This document shows, piece by piece, positions 49,916-61,686 of a stretch of 64,000 bases of DNA. This DNA comes from Hormiphora californensis. Its lineage: Eukaryota; Animalia; Ctenophora. Location of the stretch: contig CM035350.1 in assembly GCA_020137815.1 (NCBI GenBank), forward strand, positions 930,001-994,000, written 5' to 3'. Each line of letters opens with the position of its first letter. The stretch's first letter is position 1. Both the position numbers and the translations under genes were made by a program. The notes under the pieces were generated by a model that had not been told where the DNA came from, did no database searches, and was given only the letters and a program-made list of their open reading frames with translations.

Positions 49916-49946
<31 letters not shown>

Positions 49947-50230
49947 AACCCCCCCCCCCCCCCCCCAAAAAAAAAAAAAAAAAACCCCCTTTTCCCCCTT
50001 TTCCCCCCCCCCTTTTTTTTTTTCCCCTCCTTTTTCCCCTTTCCCCCCTTTTCTTTTTTTCTCCCCCTTTCTTTTTTTCCTCTTTTCCCCTTCCCTTCTT
50101 TTTTTTTCTCTTCTTTTCCCCTTTTCTTTCCCCTTTTTCTCTCTCCTTTTCTCTCTTTTTCTCTCTCTCTCTTTCCCTTCCCTAGTTGTTTTAAAAAAAC
50201 CCGGGTTTAGTTGTGTCTCTCTCGTTGTGT
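48900..50230. other. Low-quality, homopolymer-expanded sequence (probable assembly artefact)
   Basis: Abrupt shift to runs of all four bases, unlike the flanks. Confidence 0.85.
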
Positions 50231-50763
50231 GCGGCAAATTACCGGCTTTAATTGTGATTCATTAATCGAAGTTCCCCTGCAATCGTAGTAAAGCTACTAC
50301 ATCTTTATTATCTCTTTCCCATCTCTTTTTCTACCTCTCAGTCGTTTCCCGTCTGAATTGTCTTCTACTTGCGGTTCTGTTCTGAACTTGGCCTGACCGA
50401 TAACTGACAACATAACGTTTCAATTTCCTTATTCATATTGTCTTCGTATTTGAAATTGTACAAGTTACAATTTTCACAGTTGTGTGAGGTTGAAGGTGTG
50501 ATAATTCCGGATTTCACTTCTTCCCAATTTACATATAATACATTTTGTCAGAACCCCCAATTTCGATACCAGCACATATGAGTTTGTTGGAGTATTCTAG
50601 AGTGTTGCTTCCCTGATCTTGTTGACAGACTACTAGGATCCTGTGACAGCTAAATAGCTATGATCAGTTAGCTTCTTTGCAGTAGCTTCTACAGTTGTAT
50701 TATACCACTCGTCCACTCAGATTGATTGCAGTTAATTCCCCCACTCCCCCAGCCAGAGAGGGT

Positions 50764-52248
50764 ATGAAGGGGTATGTAGTGGTGGTCCTGTATTTTCTCT
50801 CTACTCTATCAGCTGCCTATGTTATCACCCTCAGCCCCACAGACACAGCCACCCTCTACTGCTTCTCTGACTACCTGGACAATATTAAAATACAGACGGA
50901 GGAGTGTTGGAGGTGCCAGGAGACTACCGAGAAGGCAGAGTGCAAGAAGCAGGGTATATGTGGTAGACCCCGGAAGTGCCCCCAGACTGCGGGAGAGTAC
51001 TCCGCATGTCTTCCCAAGTTCACTATGGGTGATAGCTCTAGAAGGAATGTAATCTGTCAGGGGAAGACCCTGGAGGGTGGGATACTGAACATTACACTGG
51101 AACTGATCAGCTATGATGGAGATAACGAGCCCTGCTACGGGAGCAGTGCCGGACAGATTCTAAACGCCTCAGAAGTAGTGGACAATGGTCTAGGAAGGTG
51201 GACAGATGATGGGGTCAGGTTGAGTGAGGGATCTCTACACAGTGTTAGTTACAAGGACTCTATAGCCTGTGTTAATGTTAGTGTGTCCACTGAGCAGCAT
51301 GCAGGACATCTTCTCTCCGCAGGGTTCACAGTCAACCAAAACAAAAAGGAACACAAGTTCGAACACGAGGAATCAGCGCCCCAGTTCCGACCCTTCTGTC
51401 AGGTTAACAGAGTGAAGTTGTGGAGGTTTGGAGACGGGTACAAGGCAGGGGCAGTGTTCCCTTGTAACAACACACACTACTTCCTCCGTGATGAGCTACC
51501 TTGCCTCCAGTTCAGACCCGGTGAGAGCCTGTTCGACTCTAAAGTACCCAGTCTGGATAACTGTAATACCGGCCAAATGGTGGGGATAGTAACAGCAATG
51601 ATACTGGCTATGATCCTATGTTATACCCTGCTTCTAGCGTGTGTGAAACTGTGGAGGTTGGTGTGTGGGTGTACCAGGAAGGAGAGTTTGGAGGTACCCC
51701 TGGCACACATTGATAGCTCCAGTAGGGGCACCCTGGACAATCGGAGTGTGGTGAAACAAGAGAGTAGAGACAGTGTCCTGGCATCTGTTAGTACCCTCCC
51801 CACCATTAATAGCAAGCCTCCCCTCCCTCCCACAACCACCCCTCCCATACCCCCTCCCTCTGAAATAAAGGAGGTGTCAACCCCCACCACTGCTGTACCA
51901 CCACCGAGTACTGACATCCCACGGATAGCTATGATGACCCCTTCCCTCTCCGCACCTGCTCTCATCTCTCCTCCCACTGCCATAATACCACCCCCTCTCC
52001 TAATCACAACTACCAGTGAAGATGATGGCACAACCACTCCTGCCAGCACCAATTATGAAACCACTACCCCTGCTAGCAGTGCCAATACCACATATGACAC
52101 CCCTGGTGCGTCCAGTGGCTCTAATAACACCACCTGTGACACCCCGGCTAGCAGCAGCACCATGAAAACAGCCCTGGAGCCCCCAGAAGAGAGCAGCGCC
52201 TCCACGACACCTCTTCTCAGTGCCAACACCATTGCCAATAGTCACTGA
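50764..52248 (+). CDS. Unknown single-exon type I membrane protein: signal peptide, Cys-rich ectodomain, TM, Ser/Thr/Pro-rich tail
   Basis: Long open frame; MKGYVVVVLYFLSTLSAA signal; TM VGIVTAMILAMILCYTLLLACV; acceptor AG just upstream of the ATG. Confidence 0.8.
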   Translation: MKGYVVVVLYFLSTLSAAYVITLSPTDTATLYCFSDYLDNIKIQTEECWRCQETTEKAECKKQGICGRPRKCPQTAGEYSACLPKFTMGDSSRRNVICQGKTLEGGILNITLELISYDGDNEPCYGSSAGQILNASEVVDNGLGRWTDDGVRLSEGSLHSVSYKDSIACVNVSVSTEQHAGHLLSAGFTVNQNKKEHKFEHEESAPQFRPFCQVNRVKLWRFGDGYKAGAVFPCNNTHYFLRDELPCLQFRPGESLFDSKVPSLDNCNTGQMVGIVTAMILAMILCYTLLLACVKLWRLVCGCTRKESLEVPLAHIDSSSRGTLDNRSVVKQESRDSVLASVSTLPTINSKPPLPPTTTPPIPPPSEIKEVSTPTTAVPPPSTDIPRIAMMTPSLSAPALISPPTAIIPPPLLITTTSEDDGTTTPASTNYETTTPASSANTTYDTPGASSGSNNTTCDTPASSSTMKTALEPPEESSASTTPLLSANTIANSH

Positions 52249-52560
52249 CACCCAGTGGGTGAGAGGAAATAGTTTATCCAAACATGAATTTGTCAACTGT
52301 GACATACCTTCCATGGTTACTATGGTTACCATTTGTACGAATAAATAGATTCTTCAAAACGCATTTCAGAAATTCAAAGAAGATATTAACCAGTGATTTG
52401 TATAAAGTGTGTCAAAGATTTATTGTAAAGAAAAATAAAATTAATAAAGATTTTCTGATGTGGATTAACATAACATTATGAATGAGAGAGAGAGATGAAA
52501 GAGAGAATTGAGTGAGAAGGGGAAGGATCGGAGAGAGAGAGAATATTGTCTTTGTATTGT

Positions 52561-53365
52561 TCATGTAAGATTATCGCAGCTAATATTCGCATAATCACCG
52601 CTCGAGCATTTGTCACTGGTCGTCGAAACCCAGTCACATGTCTGAAGTAAGGGATTTGTTAAACTGATTGTTACTACTTGAGTTGGTAATTGCAATTAAT
52701 TAAGTTACTAATTAAGTTAATTAACTCACCACTCCACCATCACGGACTTCAACCTGCCATGGACACTGGTAATCAACCATATCCTGGCATGCACTCTTTC
52801 TATTCAATTGGTTATACTGGCTATTTCCACAGTCAGTTTGAGCTAGAATTTCCTGGAGAAGAGAGTGTTAAAAAGTCATGAATGAATCACAAAATGCATG
52901 CTAGGCCTATGCTGATCTGACCGCGGTTCTCGGATAGGATCAGGCTAATGCTCAGATTCTGCACCACCTGTTACGTACCATTATGAGGCCTACAAGACGG
53001 GCACTACCATCGCAGCGGCATGTGAAGTTGCATTTGTTGTCGTTTATCAACTTGTCATATATTTTACGTTCATTTAGGTAGTTCTGAATCTTGTTGTAGC
53101 ACTGGGTCGTCTGGTCGTTATCTAGAAGTGGGAAAAATGTGTTAGCTGTTCCTTTGAACTATAATTCACCTATAATAGGTTCAAACTAGTTAGAAAAAGG
53201 TTTCTCGATCCAATTCAAATGCCACTCACAGGGAAGTTGAAGGTGAGCAGCAGCTACATCCTGTAGGTAGTCCACGATAGGCAGGGCTCGGTTCAGGGGA
53301 GAGGTCAGGGACACAGCAACTAGAGCGGCAGAAGCTACTAGGAGGGCATTAAACCTCGCTGTCAT
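52561..53365 (-). CDS. Secreted 10-Cys protein, paralog A; 4 exons (about 53365-53230, 53122-52980, 52852-52730, 52641-52561)
   Basis: Signal peptide MTARFNALLVASAALVAVSLT; in-phase GT-AG splicing; aligns with neighbouring paralog B. Confidence 0.75.
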
Positions 53366-53824
53366 TATATAGGGCTGGAGAAGGAGACGTGTGGGGTATA
53401 TCAAGCAAAGGAAATGAAGATGTGTGCACCTGTAATGTAACACTTTTTCATTTTCTTATCTCCCTCCAACCCCGCATGCACCTTTTAGCATTCCAAGCAA
53501 GCACCGTGGAAGGTGGCGTGGGAAATTTTGGGTTTTTATCTCCTTTCCTGGAAACCTAGTTTCCCCTCCAGAATGTGCATATGGCTGATTAAACCTTGCA
53601 TTTGCAAGGAATTAAGCATGAAATGCATCATATTATATCACCCCGCCCCATAACATAAGACACATGAGCTGCATTATACTGCTAAAGTACACGTTGTTGG
53701 TGATCTAATACAACTCTTGTGAGCGGTAAAAGTTATTAGGCGGAAGCTTGTAAAGACAAAGATATAATGGTTGCAGTGAACATGTTGGAAACGGTACTTC
53801 AGGTGGTATACAGAAACATGAACC

Positions 53825-54065
53825 CCCTTCTCTCAGTCCTTCTCCTTCTCTCAGTCCCTCTCCTTCTCTCAGTCCCTCTCCTTCTCTTAGTCCCTCTCCT
53901 TCTCTCAGTCCCTCTCCTTCTCTCAGTCCCTCTCCTTCTCTCAATCCCTCTCCTTCTCTCAGTCCCTCTCTTTCTCTCAGTCCCTCTCGTTCTCTTAGTC
54001 CCTCTCCTTCTCTCAGTCCCTCTCCTTCTCTTAGTCCCTCTCCTTCTCTCAGTCCCTCCTCTCCT
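53825..54065. repeat. 18-bp pyrimidine-rich minisatellite (CTCTCAGTCCCTCTCCTT)n
   Basis: About 13 copies between the two Cys-rich paralogs. Confidence 0.9.
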
Positions 54066-54137
54066 CCAGATGGCACGATATCTCTCTCTTATCGACCGTC
54101 AGACAAACTCTCTCTCCCCGTATCAGTGTAGCATGTG

Positions 54138-55375
54138 CTACAAGTTATCACAATCAATGGAGTCAGCTCGTCCCGATAGACAACTGTGATGTACTTGATA
54201 GAAATAGTTGCAGCTCTGGTTGGGAGAGGAGGGTGTTAGGGGTGTTAGGGGTGGTTGGGGTGTTCATGGTTGGGGTGTTAGGGGTGGTTGGGGTGTTCAT
54301 GGTTGGGGTGTTAGGGGTGGTTGGGGAGGAGGAGGGTGTTTGGAGAAAACGTTCACCCGCTGGTTGCCAATCCCAATCCTAACCAAATAATAAATTCCCA
54401 CTTGTTGGCCTAATTATCCTGATCCTAACAAAAACAACCCCATCATTCCCGATATACTGACCCACATAAAGTTAAAGTCCGCTTCCCAGTGAGCTTCAGT
54501 TTGAAACTTGCACTGTGCCTTCAAGTCGTAGCAGGCCTGAGCCCTGTTGATATGGTTCGTACTCCCTTTTTTACCACAGTCTGTCGTTGCCAACACTTTC
54601 TGAACGGAGGTGAGGGGTCTCTATCTAGATAGGGGGTGAGGGGTGTTAGTGTGATGGGGTGAGGGGTGTTAGTGTGATGGGGTGGGTGGTAGCGTGGGGG
54701 TGTTAGGGGGTGTGGGGTGGTGTTAGGGGCTGTCAGGCCAATCCTCTGCAGACAGGTTAGGGGGTGTTAGAGGTTACAAACCTCGACAAGTTGTACAATG
54801 TCGTAGCTCTGTCTGCATCTCCCAGTAAAACTACATCTGTCACAACCTGACCTTCCCTGAATCCAGTTGGCAATGGCATTGTAACACTTGGTAGTCTGGT
54901 CGTGATCTGAAACTTAGTTCTCGTCATCATAACGGGTCGATATAACAAGGAGTGCACCGTTTAATGAGATCTCCTGGGGGTACCCGGTACATGCACAGAC
55001 GGGCTCAGAGGCCAAATGTTCTATACTCACGTCCTGGAGTTGGTAGTTTAGATGACTTCACCTTCCCTCCACTACTGGTCACCTTACCACTGATGTCAGC
55101 ACTACCTAACACTCCTAAAGTACTACCATCAACTGTGCCAGTAAAGAGAGGGGGAGTGTTACCAATTATATTACCAGCAGGGAAGGAGTGGGACACAGCG
55201 ACCAGCAATACTGCTAGTAGGAACTTGGTAATCCTGGAAGGTTGTGAGTTGGTAGAATATTAGCCTGTCTCAAGGTTGTGAGTTGGGAGAACAATACCCT
55301 ATCCCAAGAGGACAACGATTTAAAGCTTAAGTTCGCCCTAGGGGACAGAGTCAAATACCTTGCTGTGGGCTTCAT
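54138..55375 (-). CDS. Secreted 10-Cys protein, paralog B; 5 exons (about 55375-55359, 55233-55031, 54906-54782, 54599-54462, 54215-54138)
   Basis: MKPTARITKFLLAVLLVAVSHS signal; DQTTKCYN, LATTDCG, INRAQAC, IDCDNL align with paralog A at matching intron positions. Confidence 0.75.
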
Positions 55376-56519
55376 GTCTGAGTGAGAGAGGGAGGGAGAG
55401 GATCTTGGGGAGCTTGGAAAGCCCTAGAATTAGGGGAACAGGGAGTTAGAGCTATAGTATGCAATGCAGCGTGTCAAACTAACAAATCTCTCAGTCCCTG
55501 CACTAACAGTATGGGGGTGTTAAATATAGGGAGAGGTGGGAATTAGAGCAGTCACAGACGACAGTGGTATAATTTCAAATATGGTTTTAATCTCCTCCCC
55601 AAGATCCTTGTTACGTACTAAGTAGGCTCATAGCTGAGAGTTGAAAAAGGCTCATATTACCTACTTACTTTGTTTGATCAACTGGAAAACACACAAAACC
55701 TTTCAGAAACGCAGTCAAGCTCACAATTGAGTGAATATAACTGCAGGCGTGGGGGCAGCATAATTATGTGATGCAATAGATAAAATGAATAATCCCTTAT
55801 CTCGACGGATGTTTTACGTCATCCGACCCGAAACCGGCCTAATACAAATGTGACCGCACTCTAAAAGCTTTCAGTTTTCCTCTTTTTAACCACCGTTTGC
55901 TGGTTATAGTTCATAGAATTCCCATTTCACAGATTGTATCGTGTTTTTAAAAGAGTCGACCTTCCTAAAATGAGTTTTAAAAGGAACAGCGTGCAGTAAA
56001 ACACACGTGCAAAATGTAATTCTCGACCACAGCTGCAGCTGTAGGTCTCCCACATGATAATGGGACTGAGGGGTAGGGGTCCTGAGTCTTTTTTATAGTC
56101 CAGGAAGCTGTACATTATACAAGCTGTGATTGTGGCCTGCTTTATAGCCCCCACCTCACAGTGAAAGTGAGGTCACGTGAATTGGTACATATGACGTCAT
56201 GGCTAGTGTGTTTTAAAAACACGGGGAAAACAAGTTAAACTATCGATGTGTTGGCACAGTGATAAATCATTGTTCGAACAGACACACAAATAAGCGACGT
56301 AGACTTAAACGTCAATAATTTATGTCAGGTAAATCTTCTTGAAATCCAGGCTTGCAGCGTGGTTATAAGGTTTATATCACATGGAAATTGCTTGACTAAA
56401 ACAGCAACCATTTACTTGAAAATCGACTTGTCCCTTCTAGCTCTCCATAGCTCTCCATTTCACCACACTCCCCCCCCCTGTGGCGGCTGACGTTTGACAG
56501 TTTTATTAGCACAATATAA

Positions 56520-59256
56520 AGTAGCCTGCACGAATCATACACTCCATCTCCAGTTTAGTACACTGCAACTGTAGTCCTTGTCTTCTTGATCTCCTTCTCT
56601 GAACATCTTTCTGGCAAGTGAATAACCCCGTGAATTAATAACAAGTAAGTGTTATCTGTGTCTCAGCTTGTGTTCTTCTTCCCAAATATTTCCTCATAAC
56701 AGAACGGGGTTGCCTCGTATTTGTCCTGGTCCCGTCTTCTGATGTATCGGCAGTGCTCTATCGACGAATACGAATCGTATTTCTCAGCTACTTCTGTAGT
56801 TGAGGGAGGGGTGAAGCAAGGAAGTGGGGGAGGGGGGCTGAAATAGTATTTTCTCTCTTCATAACATAGGTACCTTTGCGATGTTTGCCATACTGAAGCG
56901 ATTGTTCCAGATCCGTACAGCGCTCCTTGGGAGCCTGTGTTTTGATTCGTGCCATCATATCCTTCGATTGGCTCAGCCTATTTACCAGATCATATAACTT
57001 AGGGGGTAGTTTCCTATCCGGCTCAGATATCACACTCTCCTTCTGAAATATACCGGCTATTAAAATCAGGAAACAAATGGGGTCATCATGAATATGAAAT
57101 AAGGGCTCTATACTACTCTTCCTTGTCGGCACCTACCGTTGATTCTTCTTCTGGATCCCTCACATAAACCTTGTCTTTATCCCTGAGCAAATGTTAAATT
57201 GGAACACATTGTCACTTTGATTTTAAAGCTGTCACTTTGTCTGTCACGTTGTCTGTCACTTTGTCTCTGTTTCTGTCCCACTTGCTCACATTAGAATGGC
57301 CTCCTGTAGCCTGTTCCACCCGGTTTTTGTGGCCTCTGCTGTGGGATACTTCTTAAGAGGGCTATTACTACCAGACTGGTCAGCAGTTGATGCTCCGGGC
57401 GTAACAGTAGCAACAGCTGGAACGGTTGTTGGGGCTTTCTCAGACGCTGAGCTCTTGGCCCCTGACTGTGAAGCCGAACTCTTGGCCCCCGACTGTGAAG
57501 CCGAACTCTTGGCCCCCGACTGCGGCACGTTTATAGCTGGGTGCTGTCCGATACCTGCTGGGGCACTTCCTGACTTCTTCATACTTTTCAAATGGCTCCC
57601 TTGGTGTTGAGCCTGTTTTGCAAGCAACTCCTGCTTTCTCTTTTGTAATCTGTAGTTGGGAGGTGCAATTAGTAAAATGATATCATGCAGGCGCTTAATT
57701 TTTATTAATGCTCTATCAACTATCTGTATGAATCATAATTTCTTTCTTTTTATGATCTGGCAATATGCCACCTTATAAGAAGTAGAGTACTCTTTAATGC
57801 AGATTGAACAGAGATTTATGCAAGGTACTACAAGGCTGATCTGAAAGAAGGAATAACATGAACTATACAAGCTGTATTTACTGTTTAATGCCCATGGTGG
57901 CTAATTTCACTTGTTTTTGGTGGGCTCCCAACCGGATACTCAGCTGCTTGTTTGACTTGATACTCGACATGACAACTATAATAATAAACATTGTAAACAA
58001 AGTTGTAAACAAAGATGTAAACAGTAAACAAAGTTGTAAATCAAAATAAAGATCTGCATGTGCGATTAAACACGCTACGCCATTTGAGGCAGCACGTACA
58101 CAACTCGACTAGGACGAGGTGGCAATGGTAGCAAACTAGTGAAAAGTGCATGTTAATAACGAAGTTGTTAAAAGAAATCAGGGAAGTCACTACCATCACG
58201 CATCACACACACACTCTCGAGGGGGTAGTAGTAGTATTCGTGACCTCGGTAAACTCTTTATCGGGTCGGTACTGGTAGCACACACACACACAAAGTACTG
58301 CTCATTACCAGCACACTTTATTAACTACATGGAATTCCGTCATTCAGAATTAGCTGGCATTCTCACAGCTTTCTGAGATCAGGCACTCTTGTTTATGATG
58401 ATGATGATCTGCTATAACAGTCAGCTCACGATCAATAGACTGTATCGGAAGATTCACGAAATCACTCTGATATCTCACGCAATTTGTGTCTTTACTTTAT
58501 CACGTCTCTCTCTCTCTCTCCCAAATTGTCTCCCTCTCCGTCTCTCCATCATGATTCCCCTGATTACTGCTTGTTGACGAGAGAGCACTGTGACTTCCAC
58601 GGACACAGTTCATCACTGTAACATATATCTCACTTGGCTGCACTACCCGGCACAGTGGTAGTAGCCACTGCAGTACATGCCACCTTGAGAATACTCTCTG
58701 GGATCTTCTGGGGCTGCTGTGGGTCCCTGTTAGGCACGCTTAGTAGCTCCAATTTAGCCTGCAGAGAGAAGGATCATGAACAAATGAACAAATTTTAGTA
58801 GAATCCATAATGGGGGGGGGGGGGGGGGATTAGCCGTGACCTGGAGCTAAGATTCAGGCACGACTATCCGTCCCCCCCCCCTAATGTGCACATGGATTTT
58901 ACATACCAGCACACTGTATGCAGCATATTAATAACGCACATATTAATATGTTAATATGTTTAGTATTTAGCATGATATGCAATGATGCTTCTATGGAACA
59001 GTAGTAGTGCAGTTTACAAGCAGAAATTAGTTAGGTCTTTCTACAGGAATGTGCCGACAAGTTATATTCTAGAATTGATCTCAATCACAACATCACTACT
59101 TACCAGTGGGTCATACACATGAACAGTACTGGGCCCGAATCTGATTCCAGGAGGGCATCCCGTCTTGACCCTCCTTCTCTTGATCTTGCCCTCCACAAAA
59201 GCTGTTATCTCACTCAACATCTTGTCCAAGTGGGACTGGAATGCAATTATTGTCAT
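56520..59256 (-). CDS. Unknown multi-exon protein with a 3x SQSGAKSSA repeat
   Basis: Open segments bounded by AG/GT at about 59240-59102, 58757-58634, 57648-57290 and 57040-56870; no family recognised; start and end uncertain. Confidence 0.45.
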
Positions 59257-59435
59257 ACTGAACTATAGGTACGTGTTTAAGCAGATGGAGAGATAGCAGC
59301 TAGTGTTCTGAAGCTCCTAACGATCCAAAAAAAGCTGACTTTACTCAGAAAGAGATCGGTGCGGTCGTGTGGGTCATTAACAGAAAGAAGAAGCCAAGAG
59401 AGTGATCTTTCCGGAGAAAGGAGAGAAAAATTTAT

Positions 59436-59637
<202 letters not shown>

Positions 59638-59660
59638 GGAGAGAGAGAGAGAGAGAGAGG

Positions 59661-59714
<54 letters not shown>

Positions 59715-59905
59715 CAAAAAAGAAAATTGATAGTGGTAATCGACTCGTTATGCGGCTCGTAGTAACTCGACTACTATTTAACTGACTCAGGAACAGACTA
59801 GATTTGTTAGTACGGGAGATCTCAACAACTATCTCTCGCAGTCTCAAGAATTTCCAAAATTTCCTATCTTCCTCTCACTTTCTCTCTCTCGCACACCACG
59901 GTACC

Positions 59906-61521
59906 CACCCGCAGTACCAATACCTCCTGTACCAATACCTCCAGTACCGAATAGGTACTGGACGTATTGGTACAGAGGGCAGAAAGGAGGGGTCAAATGC
60001 CCTGTGTACCAACGATAGGTTAATGAGATCTCGTTGGTATACAGGGCATTTGACCCCCCTATTTCACCCTCTGTACCAACGAGTACATACCAACCGTACC
60101 AATATGACATTCATGGCGAATAGTATGTAAAAATACTGTTTAATTGGAAATGTATTTAGCCGAATGGTAGTTGCATAGATCTCGAACTTGGGTTAACTCA
60201 TTGTCAGAGAATTGCTATTAACCAGCTCGACTCCAAACCGATCCGGTATCATTGTGATATGTGAAATTATGTTGGAACCATCTCATGGATGTAGGTGTGA
60301 TGGGATAGGAGTAAGAAATGAGCTCCTCTCCTCCGTTTCGTAGTGTTCTGTTGTCCTCAAACGAGCCTTGCAGCCTTGGGTCCGTTTTTTGTTGCAGTAC
60401 CAGTATACCACTAACGCTCCTGACTTTAGTGCTCTTGGTTTCGCGTCTCTCACAAAAAGTTGTCCCCCAACGGCTAATTGCTTCCCACCGCTATTTCCAA
60501 GAACGACATTAATAGTATCGTCTTGCGGAAGTACTTCTTCAACTGAAAGATGAAGTTGTTTAATTCAACTGTAACTGCAGTAGCTAACTGTGCCACATAA
60601 AGTGAGAGCGCCTTTGCTATTACACGAAGACCAAGCCCCGATCGGCCATCTCGTATTGCTAATTGGAGTTACACACTGCAACCCGAGGAGCTGTACGCTA
60701 ACACCAAGTCCAACTAACCGAAGCTAAGGGCGTATGCTATGGGGGGAGGGTGGATTCAAATTGGAGTGATAAGAAAGTAAACACTTACGATGTTCGTTAG
60801 CGGCAGAAGTAGCAGAATAATCATCTGAAATCGGCACTGAAGGTGATTCAGCATCTAACTCCAAAATCGATGCAACGTCAAAAGTAGGGCTAGGATTGAC
60901 TGTAACGCTTACTTAGGCTATCATAATCAGCAAACTGGGAATGCGGTTCAATGATACCGGATCGCGTCAGCCGTCAAGTCAATATTGTGACATGGTTCCA
61001 ACATAATTTCACATATCACAATGATACCGGATCGCGTCTAGTCCAATTTTATACAGTTAATTAGCTTTGGAGTCGAGCTGGTTAATAGCAATTCTATTGC
61101 AATGAGTTAACCCAAGTTCGAGATCTATGCAACTACCATTCGGCTAAATACATTTCCAATTCAACAGTATTTTTACATACTATTCACCTAGTTGTCTCAT
61201 ATAAGACCGTCCTCTTCGCACCTGGCGGCTACGTGAGGCCGGTGCCAAGAGGACGGTCTTATATGTGCACCAAGGTTGCCCGGTGTACAGTCAGTGTCTG
61301 CCAATATTCACCATGAATGTCATATTGGTACGGTTGGTATGTACTCGTTGGTACAGAGGGTGAAATAGGGGGGTCAAATGCCCTGTGTACCAACGAGATC
61401 TCATTAACCTATCGTTGGTACACAGGGCATTTGACCCCTCCTTTCTGCCCTCTGTACCAATACGTCCAGTACCTATTCGGTACTGGAGGTATTGGTACAG
61501 GAGGTATTGGTACTGCGGGTG
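59906..61521. mobile_element. Composite foldback element with about 380-bp inverted arms and an about 700-bp core
   Basis: 59906-60285 is the inverse of 60988-61521 apart from inserts; CACCCGCAG..CTGCGGGTG termini; each arm has an internal hairpin. Confidence 0.8.
61189..61304. mobile_element. 116-bp hairpin insertion with 8-bp direct repeats
   Basis: TATTCACC at 61181-61188 and 61305-61312; stem CATATAAGACCGTCCTCTT...AAGAGGACGGTCTTATATG; absent from the opposite arm. Confidence 0.75.
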
Positions 61522-61686
61522 TGATTCGCACACCACTCTCCAACGTCATAACTGCTGCACTGGTAATATGTTTGAATATGGAGAATCTACCACGAGTAGG
61601 AGATATAATTACATGTCTCACGATGAGAGTCTAGACACAAACCCATTCTGGAGACAAGTACCACGTGATATTAGTACCATGTGATA

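Noticed and set aside
49081-50265. K/G/F/P-rich ORFs
   Set aside because: Translation of homopolymer-garbled, low-quality sequence
53705-54189. EGEGLR / LLLSVP repeat ORFs
   Set aside because: Reading frames of an 18-bp minisatellite lying between two genes
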